From NCBI GenBank assembly GCA_022867325.1, contig JALHUR010000013.1:1-38058 (forward strand): a DNA stretch of 38,058 nucleotides, written 5' to 3'. The translations under genes were made by a program, and so were the position numbers. The notes beneath the pieces were generated by a model. That model was given only the letters and a program-made list of their open reading frames with translations. It made no database searches and was not told where the DNA came from. The stretch comes from Candidatus Aminicenantes bacterium. Lineage in GTDB: Bacteria; Acidobacteriota; Aminicenantia; Aminicenantales; JAFGBC01. Shown one piece after another: positions 1 to 9,729 of this stretch (position 1 is the stretch's first letter; the number at the start of each line of letters is the position of its first letter).

Positions 1-102
1 AATAAGACGGCGATATCGCTCCTCGCTCTCCCGCAGCGCCTCCTCCGCCCGTTTGCGCAGGTCGGCGGAGCTAGGGTGTCCGGTTTTCTTCTTTTCGGTC
101 AT
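1..102 (-). CDS. PAS-domain sensor/signalling protein, 5' end only (runs off the window)
   Basis: Manual translation from ATG at 102: MTEKKKTGHPSSADLRKRAEEALRESEERYRRLI, the typical coiled-coil linker preceding a PAS domain. AAGAGG RBS upstream. Not in the ORF track. Confidence 0.8.
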   Translation of the reverse strand, partial: MTEKKKTGHPSSADLRKRAEEALRESEERYRRLI

Positions 103-154
103 CTTGCGCCTCTTTTAATCATCATTGCCCCGGGGGGTCTCCGCAACCCGGACT

Positions 155-343
155 TCAGCCTCTTTCCTCTCGGCCGACTCGCCGCCTCGTCTTCGCCAGG
201 GTGAACCGGAACGTCGTGCCCTTGCCGGGGCCTTCCGATTCCACCCAGATCATGCCGCCGTGCAACTCTACGATCCGCCGCACCAGCGCCAGGCCGATGC
301 CCTCGCCCCCCGAGCCGAGATAACTCACGCCCACACTCCACAC
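155..343 (-). pseudogene. Histidine kinase C-terminal (HATPase_c) fragment
   Basis: [37 protein letters not shown] is the G2 box and terminal strands of HATPase_c. The H, N and G1 boxes are absent. The fragment directly abuts the abiEii stop codon. Confidence 0.8.
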
Positions 344-1132
344 TCAAAGCCGCGGCACGATTTCGCGTTCGACAACCGCAAAGCCTGCTTCGAAATTGTA
401 ATCTGCTACGACGGGCAATAAATCCCCAAGATCGGCCGTGAATCCCGGATGCCGACGCTTCGCCGCCAGGTTCTCGACAAACTCCGCGCGACTCACCTGA
501 AGGCCCGCGAATTCCATGTATTTTCGAAATGCGCCGACGATCTGTTGTCCATCGGCCTTCCCCTCGGTCAGCCCGAGCCACAGATCGAACAGGTCCCGGC
601 CTTTCCGGCGTTGATACAGGGCGCGAAGCTTGGTCGCCAGAAGCTCGTTCAGGCTGAAGGTGGAAATGTCGCAATGCCCCGTGAACCAGGGCGATGTGAT
701 GGAGAACGGCTTCTTCTGCGCGCCCAGCACGGTAAAATGTTCCCTGGAGTTGATCTCCACTTTCAGCTTCAGGGGAATGACCGGAGGACTTTCGGACATC
801 ATGCGGTACGTCAGAGTGACCACACCCGGGCCTTGCTTCCTCTGCGGCGTCCCGAGGATGGGCGTCAGCGTATCTCTCAGCACATCAAAGATGGGTCCGA
901 TGGGCCCTCCTTCGATCTGCACGAGATCAATATCTTCCGAATAGCGGCGCGGCGGGCTGAAGAACAGCTTGTGCATCGCCGTGCCGCCGCGCAACACAAG
1001 ATGCTTCGACAAAACGGGATTTTTAAAGATTTCGACCATCGCGCGGCAGATGATCAAATCCTGCTCGACCTTTGCATCCGAACGCCAAGGGGCCTGCGCC
1101 CGCCACGCGTTGATGTAGGCCCTTGGAATCAC
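344..1132 (-). CDS. abiEii: Type IV TA toxin, AbiEii/AbiGii nucleotidyltransferase
   Basis: Motifs LVLRGGTAMHKLF, RYSEDIDL, KLRALYQRRKGRDLFDL. Likely GTG start at 1132 overlapping the abiEi stop (GTGA). Confidence 0.92.
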   Translation of the reverse strand: MIPRAYINAWRAQAPWRSDAKVEQDLIICRAMVEIFKNPVLSKHLVLRGGTAMHKLFFSPPRRYSEDIDLVQIEGGPIGPIFDVLRDTLTPILGTPQRKQGPGVVTLTYRMMSESPPVIPLKLKVEINSREHFTVLGAQKKPFSITSPWFTGHCDISTFSLNELLATKLRALYQRRKGRDLFDLWLGLTEGKADGQQIVGAFRKYMEFAGLQVSRAEFVENLAAKRRHPGFTADLGDLLPVVADYNFEAGFAVVEREIVPRL

Positions 1133-1944
1133 GACAAATCCCCCTCGACCTCCGAGTTGATCCAGAGGTTCCATCGTTTATCGCGTATTGATCCCCGCAG
1201 CGGCAGGGAAGGTTCAAGCTTGGTCGGCAACGGCTTCTGCTTTGAAACCCAACAAGCCAACCGGCCGGCTTTTGCGCCGAAGGCGCTCTTATCCAACAGC
1301 CAACCCAATCGCTGCGCGGCGGCGACATGGCCGTCGATCTTCGCCGCCTCCACCAGCTTGATCGGGCTCAGAACTTCACCGAGTTCCTGCAGCACGGTCA
1401 GCACCTGGTCCAGCCCGCCAACCCGACGGCTGTATCGAATCAGGTCAATCGCGGTTGCCTCGGGGGTCGAAACGGGAATATAGCCGGTCACGCCCTTGAA
1501 CTGCTGAACCGGGGTTTCCTTGAGCTTGCTCTTGACCAGGAAACGTATGCCGACACCCCGGCATGCGATGTCACGCAGAGGACGGTCAGTAACCACTTGA
1601 TATCGCTGGGGACGCTGATGGGCGGCGCCGTGGTATTCCGCCGCGCTGAGCGCGCCAACGTAGAAAGGCCGCCCCAAGTGCTCCATGAGCTTCACGATGA
1701 ACCAGTCGGCGGGCACCACTCCCACGGCGGCATACTCCAGCGGCACGACGACATAGAACTTGCCATGGATTCGAGCAATCTTCTTCCTGGAGGACAGACG
1801 ACCGGCCGACCGATTGAAGGCCTTTCGGTTCAGCCCGAAAGCCTTCATGGCCTCGTCCCGAGTGAACGAGTACCGCCCCTGGGAGGGCAACGCCTCAACC
1901 CAAGCTTTAAAAGCTCCATTTTGCTTGCTTCCGGGCACTTTCAT
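1129..1944 (-). CDS. abiEi: Type IV TA antitoxin, AbiEi family transcriptional regulator
   Basis: N-terminal wHTH-like region (GRYSFTRDEA), then YVGALSAAEYHGAAHQRPQ and VSTPEATAIDL. Translationally coupled to abiEii. Confidence 0.9.
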   Translation of the reverse strand: MKVPGSKQNGAFKAWVEALPSQGRYSFTRDEAMKAFGLNRKAFNRSAGRLSSRKKIARIHGKFYVVVPLEYAAVGVVPADWFIVKLMEHLGRPFYVGALSAAEYHGAAHQRPQRYQVVTDRPLRDIACRGVGIRFLVKSKLKETPVQQFKGVTGYIPVSTPEATAIDLIRYSRRVGGLDQVLTVLQELGEVLSPIKLVEAAKIDGHVAAAQRLGWLLDKSAFGAKAGRLACWVSKQKPLPTKLEPSLPLRGSIRDKRWNLWINSEVEGDLS

Positions 1945-1972
1945 TTAGTTACCAGCCTAAGTATCTGTTTGC

Positions 1973-2010
1973 ATATGTATACATATAGCGTATCCAAATG
2001 TAAATATCAA
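1973..2010 (-). promoter_or_regulatory. abiE promoter with palindromic putative AbiEi operator
   Basis: Perfect 14-bp palindrome ATATGTATACATAT (1973-1986) in an AT-rich stretch. Minus-strand TTGATA-17-TATATG overlaps it. AbiEi proteins are known to autorepress via promoter inverted repeats. Confidence 0.55.
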
Positions 2011-2011
2011 C

Positions 2012-2143
2012 TTATTCGGCGACATCGAGCGCGTCTTTTGCCCGTTCGAGCGCGGCGATTTTGTGTCTGGCCGCGCGGAGTTCTTCGATGGGCCGGGCTT
2101 TGCTCTTGCGTTCATCCTCGCGGAGCACGGCTTTATTGTTCAC
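2012..2143 (-). pseudogene. Truncated N-terminus of a PAS/histidine kinase-type protein
   Basis: GTG start with GAGGG RBS. MNNKAVLREDERKSKARPIEELRAARHKIAALERAKDALDVAE* resembles the 'D..KTKEQLIEEL..LR..IAELE' N-terminal coiled coil of PAS sensor kinases. Confidence 0.5.
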
Positions 2144-2363
2144 TTTCCCTCATGAAACGCCCCCGGCCGGAATTCCATCAATCCCAGCTATCATCGTTTA
2201 GATTAATCCCATCGGTGATAGAAAGCAAGTCTTTAAAAAGGGCGATCATCTTTTCAAGCCGGGGGTGGAATAAAAAGGCGGCTGGTGCATAATACTTATG
2301 CCGGGAAAAGCCCCTGCGGAAAGCGGTCGTATGATCGTCATTTCCGGTGAAAGAAGGAAACGC

Positions 2364-5300
2364 ATGAAACATCGGATGCTTTTCGGTCTGGCTCTCTTGG
2401 TTGCGGCGGGAATCGCGATCTCCGGCCATCCGGACGCCCGGCAGGATATCTCTAAGGAAAGCCTGAAGGCGCAATATAACCTGTCCGGTCCGCTCAAGGA
2501 TATCGAGAATAAGGAGCTGGTGGTCGTCTTTTCCGAGGACATGATCGCCCTTGGGACAAATCCCGATGGCGCCGCTTTTCTCGAGATCACGCCGGCTTGC
2601 GCGGGCAGGTATACCTGGCGCGGCACCAAGACCCTGGCCTTCAGGCCGGAAGGCCGCTTTCGCTATTCCACCCGCTACCAGGCCGTGATACCGGCTGCGG
2701 TGCGTTCCCTGAACGGCAAGAAGCCGGATAAAGCGGTCAGCTGGGATTTCACGACGCCGCTGGCGGAGCCCAAGGAGTTCCGGCCGTCCTCGAAGAAGTA
2801 TTTCGACGATATCAGTCCTGAGGAGCGCTATTCCGACCTGGTTTGGGTGACCGGTTCATGGTTTTTGAGATTCAACCAGGCCGTCACGGCGGACGAGGTG
2901 CTGCGGGTGCTGAAGGTGGCGGAAAAGAAGGGCGGACGGCCGGCGGTCTTTTCCGTTATCTCCGCCGACGAATCCGTGGTCGAGATTGTCTTCGCCGCGC
3001 CCTTTCGGCGCGAGATGGAATACGAACTCCGGCTGTCCCGGGGGCTGCGCGGGAAAGAAGGCAATACCGGGACAACCAAGGATTTCGCCTTTTTTATCTC
3101 CACCATCCCGCCTTTTCGGTTGGAGACAGACAAGGACATTTCGATAGGCTGCGATGAGCCGAACCTGCGCCTGGAGTTTTCCAACGATTTGGCCGCCGAG
3201 GAGCTGTATGAAAAAAAATGGCGGCAGAGCTTGCGGCTGGAGCTGGAGAGAAAAGGAAACACCCGTCCGCTTTCCTTCGATTTGGACGTTTCCGGCGAGG
3301 CTCTCATCATCTCCATCAAGGAGTCTCTTTATCCGGGCGATCTTTTGCTCCTGAAATTGCCCCCTGACCTATTCAATAAATACGGCGAAACGCTCGGCGC
3401 GACCCCGGAAATGAAGATTCCGGTCTGCTCGGCGGCCCGGCCGATTCTGATCGCCAACCTTGAGTCCGAGCCGGCGCAATTGAGGTATAAAAGCATCAGG
3501 CAGGCCGAAGTCTCCCTTTTTAAGTTTTCAGATGATTTGCTCTTCGAGTTGAACGATCAGGAAGGACGTTATTATGGCTACGGCCGGGATGATGGACAAC
3601 TGGGGTTTTTATCGCAAGTGGCGCTCCAGAAAAAGCTTGTGGAGCGTCACAAAGCGGTTTTCTTGGAGGGAAAAGACGCGAATGAAACCCTGACCCGGAA
3701 ACTGGACTTCGAGAAAGAGCTGGGCGATAAAAACGGCTTTTTCGGCGTCTTGACCAAGCGGGCGCTGCCGTTCAATTCCTGCGGCGATTGGAGGTTGTAT
3801 CATTATCCCCTGGCTGAACCTTTCACTCTGCAGGTTGTGCACCGCCGCAGCAGCGATTTCCTGGTCCGCAGCGGCCCCGGCCAAATGCTGCTTTGGGCTT
3901 ACGACAACCGCAGCGGCGCCGGGGTCGAGGGCGGCGACGTCAAGCTGAGAAGGGGCGGTCAGGACATCGCGATCGGATCGACGGGAAAAGACGGATTGCT
4001 GCGGAGCGACGAGGAGATCAAGCGGGGCGATATTATAGTCATGCGCCGAGGGGAAAAGTCGGACCTGGCCTTCAAACGCGTCACCTCCGAGCCTTGGGAC
4101 AGGCGCCCCGATTTCCGGGCCGAGCTCTTCACCGACCGCGACTTTTACAAGCCCGGAGACGAGGTCCATATCGGCGGCGTTGTCCGCGAGTACAGCCAAG
4201 GCGGATTGGTTCGCTCCAGCCTCAAGCAAGTGACCCAGGAGCTGGTTGACCCCGAAGGCCAAAGCGTCCACACCCGGATCCTGAACCTGGATGACTGGGG
4301 CGGCTTTTACGCTTCCTACAGGTCGACGGCGGATGCCAAAAAAGGGCGCTACTCGGTCATTATCAAAGGAAGCGGACTATACCACAGCCGGTCGATCCGC
4401 ATCGATTATTACCAGCCCAATGTCTTTGAAGTGACCATCGGAAAAACCGAGGCCGTCTACACCCGCGCCGATACGTTTGCCGCCGCGGTTTCCGGGGCCT
4501 ATTTTTCCGGCAATCCCATGGCCGGCGACAAGTTGGTCTACGGCTTATCGACCTCTGCCTGGCCCGACATGTCCGGACTGGGGTCCAAAGAGGACCTATC
4601 CGGTTACCGTTTCGATCTGCATGAGCACTTCCGCCGGACCGATCCCGAATATAAAAAGGAGGCCGTTTTTGACCGCGGCGGCGCAGTTGCCGTTTCCATC
4701 CCTCTGAAGCATTATGGCTTGCTCAACCACGCCGCCGGTCTCCAATTCGCCGCCACCGCGAAGTCGGCGGAGGGCAAGGAATACACCGCCTCCTCATCGG
4801 CATTGATTCTTCCCGGGAAGCGGATTTGCGGCCTGAAGACGCCCTTCTACGCCGATGCCAAGAACGAGATCAAGGCGAAGATGCTTCTGCTGGATGATAA
4901 GGGGAAGCCGGCATCGGGAATGGTGCTCGTTTCGCTTTACAAACAGCGTTGGGTATCGGGGGAATGGCAGTTCAAACTGATCCAGGAGGGGATGGCGCTG
5001 AAGGTGGCGGAGGGAAAAAAGGAATATGCTTTCCGCGTGCCCGAGCCCGGCTATTACACTCTGAAAGCTGACGCCCGGGATGACGACGGCGTCGTCACGT
5101 CTTCCTCCTCCGAGTTCATGGCCTGGGATTATAGTTGGAAAAGCGAGGCCGAGGATCTGGAATTGCGTTCCGAGAGCGAGATTTGCCGCATCGGCGATGC
5201 TTTGACATGCTACCTGCAGTCTCCCCAGGAGGGGCAAGCCCTGGTGACGATCGAAACCGATCGTATTCTCGAGGCCTGGACGATCGATGTCCGAAAAACC

Positions 5301-8150
5301 ACGCCCATCGAGTTCAAGGTTAAAAAGGAGTATTTCCCGCGCTTCACCGTTCATGTCGGCGCGTTCTTCGGCGGCAGCCGCTGGGCTGAGGCCGAGCGAG
5401 AGTTCCGGGTCGAAGACGCCGCCCGGCGCCTGCTGGTTCGGATCGAGGCGCCCGAAGAGGTCAAACCCGCAAGCCGTCAGAAAGTTACGGTGCGCGTCGT
5501 CGATAACCGGGAGCAAGCCAGGAAAGCCAAAGTTTTTATCTATGCCGTGGACGAGGGCAATCTCTCCCTGACCGGCTACCGCACCCCCGGGTGGCACGAT
5601 TCCCTCTATTATCGTTCGCCCGTTAACCGTACGCACAACTTGTTTTCAAAGGACAATGCGCGCTGGATCTTCAACCGGCCCTTGATGGATATCAGTCTCT
5701 CCGGTGCCGGCATCTTCGGCTGCGTGATGATGCCCGACGGAACTCCGGTCGCCGACGCCACGGTCACATTGCGCAAGGAAAAGTCGGACCAGGTCTTTAA
5801 GGCCCGGACATCGGCGGCCGGCTACTACTTCTTCCCGAATCTCAAGGCCGCGGATTACGAGATCCGGGCCCAAAAGGGCGATCTTGCAACGATCCTGTAC
5901 ATGGTAGATTACGGCGGTCATAGGGAAGCCCGCGACATGATTCTCGTCCCCCGCGCCCTGGCCGATGAATGGAATGCGACAATTATGGAGGGCGGTATTG
6001 AAGGGGGTGTCGTGGGAGGCGTATTGGGCGGCGTTGTACAAGCCGTGCCGACGGCTCCGGCGGAAGCCAGAATGAGTTCGATGACGAGATCAAGGGAAAA
6101 GGGCGCCGGGGAAGAAGCGGATGTTTCCGGAATCCGCGTACGCAGCGATTTCCGGGAGGTCCTCTTCTTCAAGCTGGTGGAAACCGACGAGAGGGGAGAG
6201 GCGGCTCTGGATATCGAGACGTCCGACCTCCTTTCGACTTATCGCCTCATGACGGTGGCCTATACCGAAGACGCATATGGCAGCGCGGAAAAAAGGTTGC
6301 TCGTCTCCAAGGACGTCCTGCTGGCCGAGGCCATGCCCGAGTTCGCCCGGAGCGGCGACGCTTTCGCCGCCGGCGTCCAAGTTTCCAACCGCACCAAGGC
6401 GGCGCTTGAGGTCCAGGTTGTCGCCGAGCCCGTCGGGATTTCGATCTCCGGGGAAAAACAAAAACGGCTGACGATGGATGCAGTCAGCAACCTGCTCGTT
6501 TCCTTTGCCTTCCGCGCTGCGGCGCCGGCCGACGCCGAGATACGTTTCTATGCGCTTTCGGCCGCCGACAAGGACGGGCTTCTTAAGAAGCTTCCCGTAT
6601 CGGACAACCTTATATCAGAGTCGCAGCTCGATTTCGACAGCGGCAGCCGATTGAACAAGCGCATTCATCCGCCCGAGCGGGCCGAACAGCCGTTGCTGAG
6701 GCTGACGGTGGCGCCTTCGATCCTGAGGCCTGTGGGCAAGATCGCCGAAAAGCTGATTTTCTATCCCTATGAATGCCTGGAACAGCGCACGTCCAAGCTG
6801 ATGCCCTATTTGCTGTTGACGCCGGATTTGATTGGCCGGATGGGTTTGAAGGTGGATGCCGTCCAAGTGCGCCAGGCGGTCGATGAGTATATCCGGGTGT
6901 TACCCGAGTTTCTATCCGCAGACGGCGGGCTGTCCTATTACCGCGGCTCTTCCTGGTCATCCGACTACCTGACCGCATACGCGATCTGGGCCCTCCAACT
7001 GGCGCGCCGGGCCGATTACCGAGTGGACCCTCAGCTGCTTTCAGGTCTGGAAAACCACCTGGCCAAGGCCCGGCTTTCTCCCTATTGCGGAGCCTTTTTT
7101 CAGTTTATTCTGAGCCAGGATAAAAGGGCGAACCCGAAAGAGCTCGCCCGGCTGTACGAGACCCGTGACAAGCTGTCGCTTCCCGGCCAAGTCTTCCTCT
7201 ACCGCGCCCTGGGCTTTCAGCTTCAGGACCGCGAGAAACAATCGGTCATGGCCCGGGAGTTCGCTAACGGCCTGCAGGTGGAGGCCGACTTCGCCTACTT
7301 CGATGCCAAGGAATTCGCCTACGACCGTGACCTGCCGTTCTATTCGTCGCGCTACGGCACGGCGCTGCTGCTGCAAGCGTTGCTGGAATGGCAGGACGAT
7401 TTCGTCCTGGCGCCGAGGGTGATGAACTGGCTGCTGGAAGCGCCGCCTTATGCTTGGCACACCACGCAGACCAATTTCTGGATCCTGTATGCCGCGAGCG
7501 AATACGTCAAAAAAATCGAGAAGGGCGGCGCGACCCAAGCCCGGGCCGAGCTTTTAGGGAAGGTCGAGGAGAAAAAATTCGCCGGTCCGCGCGATGCTTG
7601 GAAAATCGAGAAGGATATTTCGACCCAGAAGGACGATTTCGACGTCAAAGTGAGCGGCGACCAAATGGTCTACTTGACGAGCGAGCTCAATTACAAGCTG
7701 CGGCTGCCCGGCGCGGAGAGCCGGGGCATCAAGGTTGCGCGCAACGTTTACGGCGAGGACGGCAAACCGGCGGCGGGTTTTAAAAAAGGCGAAACCTATA
7801 TGGTGGAGCTGCTGCTGGACCTGGACAAGGAGGTGCCCTACGCGGTCGTCGACGAGCCGCTGGCCGCCGGGTTCGAGGTGCTGCGCCGGGATATCGCCAC
7901 GACGCGCGAGCTGAAAGAGTTCAACAGCGGCTACGCCAAGCAATACCGGGACGCCTGGCTGCGTCAGGAGAATGCCGCCGACCACACCGTGTTTTATACT
8001 TACGGCTTACAGGGGAAGATCCGGGTCGTCTATTTCATGAAGGCGATGTATGCCGGGGTGTTCACCTGGCTGCCGGCCGTGGTCCAAGGCATGTACCACC
8101 CGCAGTACTTCGGCCGCTGCCCCACGCGCTCGGTAACGGTTACGGACTGA
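2364..8150 (+). CDS. Bacterial alpha-2-macroglobulin family protein
   Basis: Signal peptide (MKHRMLFGLALLVAAG), Ig-like N-terminal domains, MG2 motif LFTDRDFYKPGDEVHI, AVDEGNLSLTGY, RSDFREV, intact thioester YPYECLEQ (CLEQ at 6774-6785), C-terminal VVDEPLAAGFE...GMYHPQYFGR. ATG at 2364 follows AAGGA. Confidence 0.93.
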   Translation: MKHRMLFGLALLVAAGIAISGHPDARQDISKESLKAQYNLSGPLKDIENKELVVVFSEDMIALGTNPDGAAFLEITPACAGRYTWRGTKTLAFRPEGRFRYSTRYQAVIPAAVRSLNGKKPDKAVSWDFTTPLAEPKEFRPSSKKYFDDISPEERYSDLVWVTGSWFLRFNQAVTADEVLRVLKVAEKKGGRPAVFSVISADESVVEIVFAAPFRREMEYELRLSRGLRGKEGNTGTTKDFAFFISTIPPFRLETDKDISIGCDEPNLRLEFSNDLAAEELYEKKWRQSLRLELERKGNTRPLSFDLDVSGEALIISIKESLYPGDLLLLKLPPDLFNKYGETLGATPEMKIPVCSAARPILIANLESEPAQLRYKSIRQAEVSLFKFSDDLLFELNDQEGRYYGYGRDDGQLGFLSQVALQKKLVERHKAVFLEGKDANETLTRKLDFEKELGDKNGFFGVLTKRALPFNSCGDWRLYHYPLAEPFTLQVVHRRSSDFLVRSGPGQMLLWAYDNRSGAGVEGGDVKLRRGGQDIAIGSTGKDGLLRSDEEIKRGDIIVMRRGEKSDLAFKRVTSEPWDRRPDFRAELFTDRDFYKPGDEVHIGGVVREYSQGGLVRSSLKQVTQELVDPEGQSVHTRILNLDDWGGFYASYRSTADAKKGRYSVIIKGSGLYHSRSIRIDYYQPNVFEVTIGKTEAVYTRADTFAAAVSGAYFSGNPMAGDKLVYGLSTSAWPDMSGLGSKEDLSGYRFDLHEHFRRTDPEYKKEAVFDRGGAVAVSIPLKHYGLLNHAAGLQFAATAKSAEGKEYTASSSALILPGKRICGLKTPFYADAKNEIKAKMLLLDDKGKPASGMVLVSLYKQRWVSGEWQFKLIQEGMALKVAEGKKEYAFRVPEPGYYTLKADARDDDGVVTSSSSEFMAWDYSWKSEAEDLELRSESEICRIGDALTCYLQSPQEGQALVTIETDRILEAWTIDVRKTTPIEFKVKKEYFPRFTVHVGAFFGGSRWAEAEREFRVEDAARRLLVRIEAPEEVKPASRQKVTVRVVDNREQARKAKVFIYAVDEGNLSLTGYRTPGWHDSLYYRSPVNRTHNLFSKDNARWIFNRPLMDISLSGAGIFGCVMMPDGTPVADATVTLRKEKSDQVFKARTSAAGYYFFPNLKAADYEIRAQKGDLATILYMVDYGGHREARDMILVPRALADEWNATIMEGGIEGGVVGGVLGGVVQAVPTAPAEARMSSMTRSREKGAGEEADVSGIRVRSDFREVLFFKLVETDERGEAALDIETSDLLSTYRLMTVAYTEDAYGSAEKRLLVSKDVLLAEAMPEFARSGDAFAAGVQVSNRTKAALEVQVVAEPVGISISGEKQKRLTMDAVSNLLVSFAFRAAAPADAEIRFYALSAADKDGLLKKLPVSDNLISESQLDFDSGSRLNKRIHPPERAEQPLLRLTVAPSILRPVGKIAEKLIFYPYECLEQRTSKLMPYLLLTPDLIGRMGLKVDAVQVRQAVDEYIRVLPEFLSADGGLSYYRGSSWSSDYLTAYAIWALQLARRADYRVDPQLLSGLENHLAKARLSPYCGAFFQFILSQDKRANPKELARLYETRDKLSLPGQVFLYRALGFQLQDREKQSVMAREFANGLQVEADFAYFDAKEFAYDRDLPFYSSRYGTALLLQALLEWQDDFVLAPRVMNWLLEAPPYAWHTTQTNFWILYAASEYVKKIEKGGATQARAELLGKVEEKKFAGPRDAWKIEKDISTQKDDFDVKVSGDQMVYLTSELNYKLRLPGAESRGIKVARNVYGEDGKPAAGFKKGETYMVELLLDLDKEVPYAVVDEPLAAGFEVLRRDIATTRELKEFNSGYAKQYRDAWLRQENAADHTVFYTYGLQGKIRVVYFMKAMYAGVFTWLPAVVQGMYHPQYFGRCPTRSVTVTD

Positions 8151-8197
8151 TAGCTTATTCTAATTCTAACCGCTTATAACGTCCGATTCGGCTTCGC

Positions 8198-8237
8198 CTA
8201 CAGCTGCGGGTAGAGGAGCGCGTTGAGCAGGAACTTG
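8198..8237 (-). pseudogene. Orphan 3' tail of an M14 peptidase homolog
   Basis: Encodes KFLLNALLYPQL*, versus KFLLNALLYPQI* at the end of 10746-13346. 8204-8237 matches 10752-10785 at 32/34 nt. Confidence 0.75.
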
Positions 8238-8301
8238 GCGGTTCCCTTCCACGCCTAAACCCCGTTTTCGGCATGCACATACGTCGGCGCGAAGGGGTGC
8301 C

Positions 8302-9729
8302 TCAGTACTTGAATATGTACGCGCGCCCGCAGTCGGAGGGGCTCGAACCGGGGTCCTCGTACGGGGCGCCGACTAGGACGTAACCCTTGGCTTTTCTAAC
8401 CGAGCTGGGCAGGCCCACGACGCCGAACCCGAAGTTGCCGCCGCCCTCTTTACTCGGCGAGACCAACGTCTTGAACAGCGTGCCCGTCGCTCCGGAGAAG
8501 ATGTAGGCCCGCCCGGCGTCCGACAGACCGCCGGCGTTCTCGTAGACGGCGCCGATCACGATGTCGCCGCGGCCATCGCCCGTGACGTCTTGGACACCCG
8601 AGGCGGAGAAGCCGAACCAGCCGTTGATCTCCTTGTTGGGCGACACGAACTGACGCAGCAGGGCGCCGGTGGCGCCCGAGTAGAGATAGGCCATTCCCGA
8701 TGATTCAGGGAGGCTGCTCGCGGGGTCATGCCCGGGAGCTGTGATGAGGATGTCGCCGCGGCCGTCTCCGTCGACATCGGGGATGCCGGCGACGACCTCG
8801 CCGAAACCGCCGAGTTGGACCTGCTTGGGAGAGGTGAAGGTGCGGAGACGGACGCCGGTAGCGCCGGAAAAGAGATAAGCGCGGCCCTCGGTGTAGGAGA
8901 CGTTGGGGATGGTGCTCTCGTTCATGGCGCCGACGATGACATCGCCCCGGCCGTCGCCGTTGACGTCCTGCACTCCCGAGACGTAGTTGCCGAAGTGGCC
9001 AAACTGTACTGGAGTCGGCGACGCGAGCTTCCGGAGCAGAACGCCGGTGGCGCCGGAGTAGATGTAGGCCCGGCCGCAGTCCGTCGGGCTGTTGCCGGGA
9101 TTTTCGTACAACGCGCCCACGACGACATCGCCCCGGCCATCGCCGTTGACGTCCGGCACGCCCGCCACCGTGAGCCCGAAGTTTCCAAAGAGCTGATCGG
9201 CGGGGGACTTGAGGGTGCACAGCAGCGCGCCGGTCGCGCCCGAGTAGATGTACGCCCGCCCGGCGCCGGCCGGGCTGTTGCCGGGCGATTCCGACGGCGC
9301 GCCGACCACGATGTCGCCCTTGCCGTCGCCGTTGACGTCGGGAACGCCCGACACCGAGCTGCTCTGGAAGACGAGGGCAGCCTGGAATGTCCCCCACGCG
9401 ACGGGCAGGAGCGACCGGAGGAATTTGCCGCCGGCTCCGGAGTAAATGTGCACCCGCCCGCAGCTGCCGTTGTCGTTGGGGAAGTTGGGTTCCAGCACGG
9501 CGATGTCCGCGCGCCCGTCGCCGTTCACGTCCGGGACCGCGCCGACACTCAGCCCGAAGTACCCATAGATCAAGGGCGTGGGCGATCCGAGCCCCTGCAC
9601 CTGTGATTTCAGATTTTCCTTGAGATTCTTCAAATCAAAAATCTTCCCGCTTTGCCTTGTTTCACCCGACATGGAAACAATCAGAATGACGAAGGTCAAT
9701 AACCCTAAGCCTGCAATCATTTTCTTCAT
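8302..9729 (-). CDS. Secreted FG-GAP / integrin-alpha-like beta-propeller protein
   Basis: Signal peptide and about 7 repeats of FG..V.GVPDVNGDGRGD.VVGA..E...GRAYIYSGATG with Ca-binding DxNGDG loops. Confidence 0.9.
   Translation of the reverse strand: MKKMIAGLGLLTFVILIVSMSGETRQSGKIFDLKNLKENLKSQVQGLGSPTPLIYGYFGLSVGAVPDVNGDGRADIAVLEPNFPNDNGSCGRVHIYSGAGGKFLRSLLPVAWGTFQAALVFQSSSVSGVPDVNGDGKGDIVVGAPSESPGNSPAGAGRAYIYSGATGALLCTLKSPADQLFGNFGLTVAGVPDVNGDGRGDVVVGALYENPGNSPTDCGRAYIYSGATGVLLRKLASPTPVQFGHFGNYVSGVQDVNGDGRGDVIVGAMNESTIPNVSYTEGRAYLFSGATGVRLRTFTSPKQVQLGGFGEVVAGIPDVDGDGRGDILITAPGHDPASSLPESSGMAYLYSGATGALLRQFVSPNKEINGWFGFSASGVQDVTGDGRGDIVIGAVYENAGGLSDAGRAYIFSGATGTLFKTLVSPSKEGGGNFGFGVVGLPSSVRKAKGYVLVGAPYEDPGSSPSDCGRAYIFKY

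Noticed and set aside
1945-1965. GTTACCAGCCTAAGT resembles part of a HEARO/omegaRNA motif
   Set aside because: Short match only. No flanking structure and no IscB/HNH ORF.
8151-8197. attC-like cores (TTCTAAC/TTATAAC here; CCGCCCAA...GTTGGCGG at about 29528-29555)
   Set aside because: No complete R''-L''-L'-R' structure of adequate length, and no integron integrase in the window.
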